From Chromera velia (taxonomy: Eukaryota), in the NCBI GenBank assembly GCA_018398765.1, contig JAHBMJ010000279.1:1-51482 (forward strand): a stretch of 51,482 nt of DNA. Direction: 5' to 3'. Under the pieces are notes generated by a model. The model was not told the DNA's origin and did not search any database. It saw only the letters and a list, made by a program, of their open reading frames with translations. Of the stretch, positions 13,168-25,109 are shown in pieces. Within the stretch, counting starts at the first letter, position 1. Every line of letters starts with the position of its first letter. A program made the translations under genes and the position numbers.

Positions 13168-14465
13168 TGTGTGTGTTTAAGGGAGAGAGAGCGAGAGAGA
13201 GAGAAAAAGAGGACACTGCACGCCCCAAAAATTGAGTGGGTGAGTGACTGAGTGAGTAAGTGAGTGCTTGAGGTTCGTTCCGCCCTCTTGCCTGCCTGCC
13301 TGCCTGCCTGAGTTGATTCATTGTCTCATGCATGCATGCATTTATTCATTCATTCATTGATTCAGGTGGGAGACCCTGTCGGGCCCTTCGTATTAACCCT
13401 GCTGCCACCGAAAGCGAATACTCCTCTGACAAAGAGCAATTGGGGGAACGTTCACGCAGGGAACGAGGGCGACGCTCCTCTTCCTCTTCTCTCCTCTCCT
13501 CCCTCTGACGCACGCTCTCGCCCTCCTCTCCTTTCGCCGACACAAATTCTTCGTCGTCGTGGGAGGCTTGGGGGAGGCAGATTAGGCAGTACAGTGGCAG
13601 GTCCGTCGTTCTCTCTCTCTGTCTCTCTGTCTGTCTCTCTTCCTCTCTCCCTCTCATTCTCTCTCTCTCTCTCTCTCATTCTCTCTCTCTCTCTCTCTCA
13701 TTCTCTCTCTCTCTCTCATTCTCTCTCTCTCTCTCATTCTCTCTCTCTCTCTCATTCTCTCTCTCTCTCTCTCATTCTCTCTCTCTCTCATTCTCTCTCT
13801 CTCTCTCTCTCTCTCGCTCTCTCTGTCTCGCTCTCTCTGCCTGTCCATGTGACTGTCAGTCTGTTTCTGTGAAAAAGGATAACTGCAAAAAAAGAGGCAT
13901 ACAGTTTTCCTGTCCATCTGGTTTTTGTGTCTGTCTGCCTTTCTCCGGACCTGCGCGCCTGTCGAATATCTGTGCGCCTTTGCCGAAAGTGTAAAGTAGT
14001 CCTTCCAACTGCATGGGCGGGTTTCCTCTTTTCCTTTTTTTTCGCTGCTCGCGGTTGGTTCGTGGAAGGCTTAGAGTTGCTGCTCCGTCCCTGTGTCTGT
14101 ACATTGGACAGTGCGGATTTATTTCTGCAAAAGCGTTTTCTCCTTTTCTTCAGCCTTCACTGTGCTTTCATTTATCGATCCTTCCTGCCCCCCTTCTCCC
14201 GTCCCTTCGTGCAGGATTTGCCGTGGCTGTTGCTGTGGGATGGCTCTTTGCGGAGGCTGTCTTGCAGTTGCAGGGCAGAGGACGGGACTGGTGCATGGGA
14301 GAGCGTGTGTGTGGACGGGGGGGAATTTCGGTGTCAGAATTGCGGAAGGAAGGAGTGGCTTTGCATGGAAACGGGGAAAAGAGGGGCAGGGATGCCGAAC
14401 ATGAGGGGGTGAGTTCAAACTCAGATGACGCAGAAAGTACTTCCTATTTTGTTCGACAGTTCTGA
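11556..14465 (+). CDS. CDGSH iron-sulfur domain (NEET-like) protein with C-terminal hydrophobic segment, 4 exons, ~225 aa
   Basis: Exons 11556-11642, 12959-13063, 13366-13600, 14215-14465 join in frame (678 nt). Motif CRCWQSKKFPYCDGAH...GDPVGP is the 3Cys-1His [2Fe-2S] CDGSH signature. Putative TM segment GFAVAVAVGWLFAEAVL. Confidence 0.85.
11690..11940. repeat. ~120-bp tandem duplication in CDGSH intron 1
   Basis: The block gaagtgaagaaaagacgatatagtctg...catgaagaaaagaagggagaagaagaaacata occurs twice, embedded in (TCTG)n. Confidence 0.85.
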
Positions 14466-14704
14466 CTCTTGTCACGAGTCTTCAAGTTGTGAGTGAACAA
14501 ATCTTGTGGCATAGAATGTGAAAGAAAATGAAAGAATTCGCTTGAAAGCGGATCTTGTGTGTAGCTGGGAAAGCGCCTAGAATGTACTAGAATGAACAAC
14601 CTGCATGGAAAAAGTTCCAAAAAACTTAGCTTCCTGACGCTGGTCTTAAATATTCACCATAACTAGTACCACAATCTAGACCACAATTGTAATACTAAAA
14701 TTTA

Positions 14705-16139
14705 CATTGGAACTATAGTGTGTCACAATGAGAATTTCCAGAACGTTTTGTGTCACAATGATTTGTGATACAATAATTGTGATTTTAAGAGTTTTTGACT
14801 GATTTAATTAAATCATACTTATGTGTGAAAAAAATAGTTGCAGATTGCGTGTTTGCTGTGTTTGCTGGATCCTGCGAAGAACACTGTATTCACTGTCCTG
14901 CAGTCGAAGGCAAAAAGATGATCGACGATGCGGTGCATCGATTGTCTGCGTGCGTGCGAACAGAGCAGCTTAGATCCAAACTTTACTCGCTGGCAGAAAG
15001 AGTGAAAGAGAGAACAGGAATCGGTGAAAGGGTCTGCAGAGCAAGATGGACTACTGCAGCTGGGGGAAGAGATATCGGGAAAGAAGAGACATATGTAAGA
15101 GAGCTCGTTTCATTCATTGTGGACCGGGAGCCAAAGAAGGCAACTGCACTAATCGAAGCTTGTCTGAAATGAGTGCATGCGCGTCTTGTGTGGTTGTTCA
15201 GCCTTTAGCTTCAGCCTAGGCTGCGGAGGGTCGTGGTTGTTCATATTCATGCGGAAGCAGGCTAAGCTGCGGCGGTTTGCTCTTTTTGTTTACAACTGCA
15301 TGCATGGGTTGCCATTTGTCTCTGGTTTCAGAGACTCTAGGCTTAACCACAATTAAGTAAATAAGTAGTTGCAGATTGCGTGTTTGCTGTGTTTGGCGCG
15401 CGTCGGGGGGTAGCGTTACAGCCGCGCGGACCGGCTCTGTATGGCCTCCGCACATCCACTGCCAGTTACTGTAGAGGAGGTGACAGCGCATTAGCCGCTT
15501 TCAAAGGACGTTCGGGCCGCAGCGGGGGGCTCTTAGGAGCTTTGGCTGCGCAGTCTGGGAAAAAAAGAAAGCACGAAAGCGAGGCAGAGGAAAGAGACAA
15601 TTCTGATTGATTCATTGATTGATTGATTGATTGATTGACTGATTGAATGAATAAATGAATGAATGAATGACCAAGTCAGTGAATGATCGAGTAAGAGAGT
15701 GAGTGAATGAGTGAGTGAGGTGAGTCGGGTGAGTGGGTGAGTGACTGAGTGGGTGAGTGAGTCAGTGAGTCAGTGAGTCAGTGAGTGAGTGAGTGAGTGA
15801 GTGAGTCTAAGAGTGACTGAGGTGACTGAGTGAGTGGGTAAATGAGGTGACTGAGTGAGTGAGTGAGTGACTCAGAGTGAGTGCTAGAATGAGTAAGGAC
15901 TGGTAGGAGAACTGTGAGGTGAGTAGGGTGAGTCACACCGTGAGTGACTGACGACTCTGAAGACTTCAAGTCACTTTGAAAGTCTAAGATCACTTCAATT
16001 TTTTTCTGACAATTTTATCACACCTAAGTTACTCTAAGTATTTCATCACACGTATTGTGACATAATTATTTATGTCACTGGTACTAGTGTATAAGGTATT
16101 GTGTCATAATTTGAATTGTGTCACACTATAGTTTGAGTG
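14705..16139. mobile_element. Putative non-autonomous DNA transposon (~1.4 kb), TA-flanked
   Basis: Left ta|cattggaactatagtgtgtcacaat and right attgtgtcacactatagtttgagtg|ta form imperfect ~25-bp TIRs. Subterminal tgtcaca/tgtgac repeats at both ends; internal 30-bp direct repeat (14835, 15366). No recognisable transposase. Confidence 0.55.
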
Positions 16140-17963
16140 TACTAAAAGTTTTTGAATTAGAATTTAGAAAAAAGAGTTTTTAATGTTTGACGAGTTCTAC
16201 CACTAATACTACCAATAGTACATCTAATAGTAGATGCTTGAATGTATATTATAAGATATTTTTTTCTCTCAAACTTGGGCCTTAGTTTTTTGTTTGAAGA
16301 CTAAATTACTGATCAAATTAGGAGATCGTTTCTCTCTAGGTTTCTTTGTCTTTTTATGCAATCAGGTCAACAGACGTTCTTCATTAAAGTCCTAAATCTA
16401 AGTGCAACCTGAGTTTGTGAGTCAGTTACTAAGTTAGTGAGACAGTCAGCCGGGCAGGTTTGATTTCAAGTTGAGGTTAAGCACAACCTCAAATCAAATC
16501 AAATCAAACCTGGTCACTAGTCAGCCCTGGAGTCAGTCAGTCATTTTCATGAATTCAATCCTAGCGAGTCAGCTAGCGAGTCAGTCAGTCAGGTTCGATG
16601 TTCGTTCAATCCCATGCAGTATGTCCTAGAGTATGTGTGTCTGTCCACCACTAGCTCCGTCACTCCTCATGGCCATTTGAAGGGAGCAGAGACGACGAGA
16701 GCTAGGATCATGAACGCAGCACCAACCGATAGGGAGGGAGGGAGGGATCGAGGGAGAGAGAGGGAGAAAAAAAGAAAGACGGAAATTCAGACGGGGAAAG
16801 CAGAGAAGAGACAAAGCATGACAATCATGAAAGGAGTTCACGTACGGCCAATGAGACGACTCTCGTACCACGACAATGAATGCATTCATACAAGCAAGCA
16901 TTTGCTTGTTCATTGATTCGGGCGGATGATTCAGACTGTATTGATACTTCCAGCAAACCCCTTGTCTTTTTGTCGATCTTTGCCGCCTGAATTCGAAATT
17001 TGACCTCCCCTACAGCCCCCCACTTGATATGCCCTTCACTGTCTTCTTCCCCTTCCCCTTAATTGCTTCCACGTGCTTGTTGAATTTCATTTTCGACTTC
17101 TGGCGCTACTTCTTGTGTGTCACTGTCATCTTTTCTTTCCCGTATCAGCCGATATGCAGTCCGGTCGAAGCCCCCCCAACTGCTCGTCTCTCTATTTCTG
17201 CTCACACCCAGTGCGCAGAAAAACATACAGCTTCATTACCTGCCTGGCTTGTGCTTCCGTCTACAGCATCGCACCCTTCCTTTCTTCCTTCATTGTTCTC
17301 TCTTCATCATGTCTCTCTAGAGGCCTCTCTCGTTCTCTCTTGCATGTGCTGCATGCAAAGTATTGCCTCTCGATCCTCTCGACCGACATCCGTCCCTGAA
17401 TTTCTCTCTCATGCATGCACAGAATGAATGAATGAATCTCTCTAGCTCGGTCGACATGCATGCACATTGCATCTCTGCATGGCCGGGTCCATGCAAGGAT
17501 GATGCGTGCCTTTTGCCTGGTCAATTGGTTTGGAAGGAAAGGAAAGGAAAGAAGGCCATGCAGCCGCACAACGTACCGTGTGGGGGGGATGCCTCGTTTT
17601 CATCCACCCGCACCCAAACAACCAAAAGCACCAGAAAGAAAAAAAGGAAACCAAGACAGGAAAGAAAGAAGGAAAGAGGCCGCTCTCTCTCGCTCCATCC
17701 GATCCGACCGGAACCAAGGAAGGAAGAAAGGCAGTCACCCCCCCCAATTCGTCAGTTGACCAATTCGTCCCCCTCAGAGAAGAGCCTCCATTGATCGATC
17801 CCTATAGCTCGTGCCTCTCTCTCTCCCTCCCTCCATGCATCCATCCGAGCAGCCAGCCAGCCAGTCACTGACAAGTCGATGAAGCTCCCGAGAGATCATG
17901 CAGGCGGAAGGTCTCACGTCGAGCTGGAAGGACATGAAGAAGAAGAGTCAGAGGAGAGCAGCC

Positions 17964-19617
17964 TCAGAGGAAGTACAGTTGTCTGAGCATGTACGGCAGT
18001 CCTTTGTTGACTGCGTCCTTGCTCTTGATCAGGCTGTACAGGGCACACTGTTTCGTCGCGTACATAACTGGAGCAGGCACGCGAATAGGGCCCGGCCAGT
18101 TCTGGTAGAGCATCGACAGCTGGGCAGTGAGTCTCTGCACGTCGTCTACAGACATCAGCCGGTTATTCCAGAAGAGAACGTCGTAGTGCGTGGGGGTGAC
18201 GGAGCCCTGAGTGACCTCCTGGTGGGAGATGAAGAAGTCAAACTTTTCCGTCGACACCACCGTGTTGTCAAAAACCGTCAGGGGCTGGGCATTCGTGAGG
18301 TCTCCTTCTTGGATCGTGGCGGCGCCTCCACCTCCACCGCGGCCTCCTCGCCCGCCGCCCCTCGGGGCTCTCGGCAGCATTTCCTTGGTAGCTTTGACGG
18401 CAAAGCGCTGATGAATCATTTTGTTCACGACGATGTACACGACCTCAACGGTACCCGCCCAGATTGTCTCGATGCCCCGGAAGCACTCCTGCAGAGCTGC
18501 AATCTCGAAGTCGCGAACCTGCGCGCACGCACCTATCAAGGGATGCAAGAAAAGGAGAACATGCGTGCATGCATGTAAACCTCCACACACAGTTATACGT
18601 CATGCACAGGCGGCAGGAAAAAAGAGAGAAAAAGACTGGCAGAGATGACAAAATCCGAGAGAGAGGAAGAGAGAGCACAGGGAGGGAGAAGGAGCGAGAA
18701 AGTGTATCAAATAGACAAGACAAAGAAAGCAAAAAAAAAAAAAAAGGAAGAGAAGAGAAGAGAAGAGAAGAGGAAAGGAGAGGCTTACAAGCTGTTTCTG
18801 ACTCTCTCCCATTCCGTCTCTGTAGATGACAATTCTGTCTGGGTATTTTTTGTCCGGTGCGGGTCCCTTTGCCATCTCGAACGAGTCCTTGAAGCACCCG
18901 ATGGCTCTCTTCATGAACTCCACCAGAGGCTGTGCCACGTCATCTCGGGACTTCATCCAAGTCGTCGCAGAGTAGTACTTGGTGTACGCGCAGTTGAACG
19001 AAGCAGAAAACCCCGCGATCGCTTTGCCCCCAGTCGAGTTCACATCAACACCCACCACCATCGTGCGCTTCGACTGTGTGTGGGGGGCGTTGACTCCCCA
19101 CAGGAATCCGCCCTGCAGTGATTTGATTGCATCATCGGTCGGTCGGTCGATGGGACGAATCAATTCGATTCACTCGAATGAATGAATGAATGAATGAATC
19201 AATGAATGAATGAATGAATGACGAATGAATGAATGGATGAATGAACGAATGAGCGAATGAACGAACGAACGAACGAACGAACGAACGAATGAATGAATGA
19301 ATGAATGAATGAATGAACGAACGAATGAACCAATGAATGAATGAATGAATGAATGAACGAATGAAGAGAAACCAATCATATAATTCGGGTGACTCAGGTG
19401 CGTTGTCTCCCTCGGACACACAATGCAGTGGGAAAAAACATCCCTGTATGAGTAACTAAGGGAAGAAGGGAGTTCTCATCCCACAGAAAGAAAACGAATT
19501 ACGGACAAACGGGCGTACTGTAAAAGAAAAAAGAGAAAGATAGAAAGAAAAGAAGAAAAAAAAAAAAAGAAAGAAAGAAAGGAAGAAAAGAAGAAAGAAA
19601 AGAAGGAAGGAAGAAAA

Positions 19618-19649
<32 letters not shown>

Positions 19650-20028
19650 GAAGGAAGGAAGAAAGGAAGGAAGAAAGGAAGGAAGGAAAGAAGGAAGAAA
19701 AGAAGGAAGAAAAGAAGGAAGAAAAGAAGGAAGAAAGAAAGAAAGAAAGAAAGAAAGGAAGGAAGGAAGGAAGGCAGGAAGGAAGAAAGGAAGGAAGGAA
19801 GAAAGGAAGGAAGGAAGAAAGGAAGGAAGAAAAGAAGGAAAGAAAGAAAGAAAGAAAAGAAAGAAAGAAAGAAAGAAAGAAAGAGAGAAAGAAACAAAGA
19901 AAGAAAGAAAGAAAGAAAGAAGAAAGAAAAGAAAGAAAGAAAGAAAGAAAGAAAGAAAAGGAAGGAAGGAAGGAAAGAAAGAAAGAAAGAAAGAAAGAAA
20001 GAAAAGAAGAAAGGAAGGAAGAAAAGAA

Positions 20029-20060
<32 letters not shown>

Positions 20061-23000
20061 AAAAAAAAGAAAGAAAGAAAGAAAGAAAGAGAGGGAAGGA
20101 AGGAAGGAAAGAAGGGAGGAGGGGAGGGGACGAAGAAAAGCAATCCATTGAACGAGGGATTCTGGACTCTCCTGACTTGACGGACACACCGACAGACCGA
20201 CCTGCTTGCAGATCATCTGGTCGAAAAGTTTGGCTGCCGCCTGCGCCCCCTTCTTCTGCAGAGTGTCGGCCTTGATGCACTGTGTCGGACAGGCCATCCT
20301 TCCTGTGCAGAACTCTTCCTTGATCTTCGCATAGAACGCGTCCGAATGGGGTCCTCTAGGCAGGATGACCAGAATGATGTCCGGACGAGCGGGCAACTTC
20401 TTCATTTCCTCCAGCATTGATGCTACAAAGTCAGCAGGGTTCATAGCGCTGATGGAGATGACCTTGGGCTCTTGTCCGCCCATCTTCTTCGTCTGCAGCT
20501 GCTCGCCTATCGAGTCCTTCAGACCATCCAGCAGGGACTTGTCTCTCTCCTGATGAATCACCACCCACTTCTGGAATCCCTTCACTCTCTGGAACCCCAC
20601 CACCTGTCTTTGGATGAGGTGAGGGAAGTTGATGCGCTGGAAATCAATGTCCTGCCCTGCCTTGACACCCTTTCCGTCCTCCACAGCCTTGAGATCGTCC
20701 GACCGGGTCATCACACGGAGGTGAGCCTGATCGACCTGCCGCCCCTCTGCCTCCACGGCTGAGCTGCCGATCTCCAGACCCCAGTTGTGCAGCACCTGCA
20801 TGAATGGGGAATGGACAAATGAATAAATAATGAAATAAATGAATAAATAAATCTAGACCCCAGTTGTGCAGCACCTGCATGAATGGACAAATGAATAAAT
20901 AATGAAATAAATGAATAAATAAATCTAGACCCCAGTTGTGCAGCACCTGCAATGAGGCCGGAGGTGAAGGCATGAGGGTAGCTCGGTCAGGAGACATCCC
21001 AAAGAAACATTTGACAGAGACCACAGAGACCACCTTTCGAGGTCGGCCAACAAATGTCATCGAAAACAAAAAATGGTTCGAGGCTTCTCTCCGCACACGA
21101 AAAAACCATCAGTGCAATATCATTGATTGCTTGATTGTTCTTCCAATTTTCTGTCCACCCATAGGCCAAACTCGTTTAGCTGACTGAATGAATTTTATCC
21201 ATGCTCCGTGCAGGCAAGACCGTCATTGTGATTCGCATCGCACAGCCACCCACAAAAGAAAAAACCCACGCCACACCTGTCTCCGTCTTTTCCCTCTTCT
21301 CTCTCTCAGTCCCTGTGTGCCAGCCAGCCAACTGACTAACATACCTCAAGAGATTTCGGGTTCTCCTGTAGAAGTTCCACCAGCTTGTCGTTCTTCTCAA
21401 AGCGCTTCTTGGGGATCATTCGGGTGTGGGCAGCGACGGCGGTCATCACTCGGAAGTCGGACTTCAGTTTGTCCGTCAGACCGGTCATCATGCACAACTC
21501 TGCACACACACACACACACACACACACGCATGCAGGGGGAGAAGGGGGGGATTGACGTTACTGTGCTTAGTGAGGGAGGGCAAGGTGTCATGCGAGGCTT
21601 TGCGTGCCTTCGCTAACAAACATTCCTATCGTTCTGTCTGCTCGCCCGTGAATGAAACCTGTCTCTTCATGTGCGCGCGGGCGCTCCCCGTTTCGTTCGT
21701 CTGTTTTGTTCTCTTCGATGCAACCGAAGTGAATGGAAGTGAAATGAACTAGCTTGTGCCTCCCTCTATCTTGTGCCGAGTGTGCGTGTGTGATCTGATC
21801 ATCTCGTCTCCCTTCCCGTCTTTTCCTTTGTTCTTGAGCTTCAAGGGGCGCAGGAAGGCCAAAAAAGGGTAAAACCACACAGATGAGCAAGCAGGGAGAG
21901 AGGGAAAACGACAGAAAGCCTCATGGCAGGTCGCAGAATGCCCACTTTCACCCGCAAACAGATCCACCACCACCCACCCACCCACCCACCCATCCAGAAA
22001 CCCACGCACCTGCTGGAAGGAAGACCGTTCTCTTCTTTCGGTGCTGTGCAATTAGTAGGGGCATGTCTTTCTTGGCGAGGTCTTGGTTGTACTGCTTCTT
22101 GAAGTAATCTCGGAAAGAGATCTCCTCCCCGTTCCTCTGTTTGAATGTCGAGTCGATCGTCAACGAGCCGTCGACCCCTTCTACTCTGCAGCAGCAGAAC
22201 TCAGAAAGCAAGTGAGTACCAGAGAGAAGCAAAGAAAGAAGGCGAAAGATCGCCTTGCTCATGTGCGGAAAGAAAGCAACGGAAAGTCTACAGATTCAGA
22301 ACCACCCACCGATTGATTGCGGCTGCTCAGTTGACAGTCAACTGGAGACAGGAGGGAACAAAGTATGAATAGAAGAAGAAGGAACTCGGACGAATACACG
22401 CGCGTTTCTACTCATGGTCGATCGATAGTCCGTTGTTTGAACACGAACCCTCCAACCAACCAACGAACCTGTAGAGTGTCGGGTGGAGCGTGTGCCTGGT
22501 CATGACGACTTTCCCCTTCAGGGCCTCGATCACGTAGAAGAGCCGCTGCTCCTTCGAGGCGCCAGGATTTTGCTTGGCGATATATTCCATGACATCAGAT
22601 GCGAACTGGCTCTGCAGGATGCGGTGCTTGACGTCGCTCATCATGGTCAGTCCACTCTCTGTGACCGTCACAGAAGTGAAGTAACCTGGGAGGGAGGGAA
22701 CAGCAGGAGGGAGGGGAGGGGAGGAGTTGTTATTTTTACAGATTTATTTGTTATTGAAACAAAGTAACTGACTGCATGGATGCAATCTCAGGTGGATGCT
22801 GTTGCTTCAAGTCCACACCCGAGAACAGAAAGGACACACAGAGTGAGTGAGAATGGGATGGTGCATGTGGTCACTGAAATGCTCCAGGAGTTCTAAAAGA
22901 CGCATGGGAGGGAGCGTCCCCTCCCTCCTCCTCATCGGAAAAGGGCAGAAGAAGAAGAAGAAGAAGAAAAAAGGCACAAAGACCTCGGCAAAGCACCCAG

Positions 23001-24362
23001 ACAAAACCGGTCAGTCAGTCAGTCAGTCGGTCAGGGAAACTCCAACAAACCAACTAACCTGGGAACAGCTGGAGAGGAGGACTGCAGTTGGCTACTTCGA
23101 ACTTTGCAGAGGGGTTGTAGTAGAATCTGCCCATGGGTTGGAGGTTCGCCTCTCTGAGTGCCTTGTTCAAGATAATGTTGAAGTACATCCGTTGCTCCTC
23201 TGTGAGGCACCGTTCATCGACGATTCGCAGCTCCTTCTTCGCAGTGATCGTCACACGGTACCTGCCCGGCACTGCACCCCCTGCCGCACCCCCATTTCCG
23301 TTTCCCCCGTTGCCCCCGTTGCCTTCATCACTGTGCCCGTTGCCATTTCCGTTGCCCCCATTTCCATTTCCATTTCCCCCATGTCCCCCGTTTCCGTTCC
23401 CATTTCCCTCATGTCCATTCCCATTCCCGTTTCCATTGCTTGCCTGAGGTCCCTCTATCGCGAGATCGAAAGTGTGGGAGGAGAAATCGTCAGGACCTCC
23501 GAGGAGGTATACGTTCCCCCCCGTGCAGATGAAGTCCTCGCACTTGATTGAGGTCACCACTTCCACACGATTCCTCTCCAAAATCTTGACGCGCAGATTC
23601 TTGGAGTCATCCTGCAGGCAGACAGACAAGGCAACCAGCAGTGCGCACGTAAGGCAGGCACTCAAGAAGAAAGACAGACTGGCAGACCAGATGTAATGTA
23701 TATTCGAAACATATGTTGCGTATATTGGACAGAAGAGGGTGGCGCTCCTCCGTTCCCCCTCCCCCCATCGCTTTTCTACCCAGCCCAGGCCTGCTTGGCC
23801 TCGCCTCCTCCCCTCTCTGCCCCTCGTCAATGGCAATCCTGACGTGTCTGTTTTCTGTTGTCGTCTCAACGCCTGACCTGACTCGACATGACCTCATCGA
23901 CTCAAGGACTTCCACGTCCGCACCTGCTCTCTCTCTCTCTCTTTCTCTCTCTCTCGCCGTCGCTCACAGACAACCAGCCGCTTCAGCACAGACTCACCGG
24001 ACCCCCCACAGCGATACCACGTGCTTCGTTTCGCCAACAAACTCGGCCATTCCCAACAGAGCTACGCACTTACTTACGTCACACACCATCCTTTTCACCG
24101 CTTTCTTCTTCATCTTGGCATGCACACATGCAGACGTCCTTTCGCCCTCACCCAAGCATCCCGTGAGCACACGAACGCACCCTCCTGTTCCTTTTGTGAA
24201 CCACAGCGCCACGCACAGAAAGTCACTTACCGGCAAGTCGGGCTCGAAGTTCGTGTAGCACACGTCCACACGACACCCCGAGCGCAAGCGAAGCGACCTG
24301 AAGTTGGTCGTCGAAACATATACCCTCCCCTCAGTTCCACTTCCAGGTCGCTGCACAATCAT
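17964..24362 (-). CDS. piwi: PIWI-clade Argonaute protein, 8 exons, ~901 aa
   Basis: Exons (minus): 24362-24231, 23611-23059, 22685-22469, 22185-22010, 21499-21345, 20795-20202, 19112-18789, 18518-17964 (2706 nt, in frame). N-terminal GxxGxxxxxxTNF; L1 [92 protein letters not shown]-terminal LYFL as in Piwi proteins. Confidence 0.95.
19520..20120. repeat. Polypurine (GAAA/GAAG)n tract in a Piwi intron
   Basis: Directly visible, ~600 bp. Confidence 0.95.
20776..20951 (-). repeat. Triplicated splice acceptor/exon start of Piwi exon 6
   Basis: agaccccagttgtgcagcacctgca at 20776, 20855 and 20927, separated by near-identical AT-rich spacers. Confidence 0.92.
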
Positions 24363-24553
24363 CCTCTCTCTCCCAATCAGTTAGACAAGTCAACAGATCG
24401 AAACGATTGCGTGAGGGGTTTTCTGCTGAAGAAAGACCTGAAAGCTCGCGCCTGCAGATGAGTGCGAAAAAACTTCTCCTGGCACGCCACTCTGGCTTAT
24501 GACGAAAACACTGTCTCCACTTTGACTCCTCAAAGGTCTTCTTCGAATCATCG

Positions 24554-24660
24554 GAGGGTTTGATGCATATTTGAGCCGAGGGTTTGATGCATATTTGAGG
24601 GTTGCATATTTGAGGGTGCGAGGGTTTGATGCATATTTGAGGGTTTGATGCATATTTGAG
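24554..24660. repeat. 19-bp minisatellite (gagggtttgatgcatattt, ~5 copies) upstream of the Piwi ATG
   Basis: Directly visible, in the divergent Piwi/oxidoreductase intergenic region. Confidence 0.85.
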
Positions 24661-25109
24661 CCAAGCCGAGACTCGCAGTCTCGCAGATACTTCTTTCAAA
24701 AGGAAACAGTGCATGGCCCCTGGAGTACGTACGTGTCGGGTCCGACCAGGACGGTCGGGCGGGCCCGCGCGCGGCGGCCGCGCGATTCTTTCGCGATGTA
24801 CGTGACTCAGCCTCAGCTGCATGAAGGTCAGACAGATCCGTGAATAATATTGTATATTAATATTTGAGTCAGACCTCATGCACTCTCTGACTATCACCTC
24901 GCTACACCTCGCCATATTTTGCTCGGACACTCCAAAAGCATACAATACGGATTACGACACGTCGCGCTCCTTCGAGAAATTTCGACATAGACGGAGGGCA
25001 ATTGCCAGGGTGTTCCATCCCTTTCCATCACGTTGCGCTGTTTGATTCTTCAGGTGCCCCCACGAGACTCCGCCTTGCAAGTCGTTTGCTTCCACGCCCA
25101 CAGAGCATC

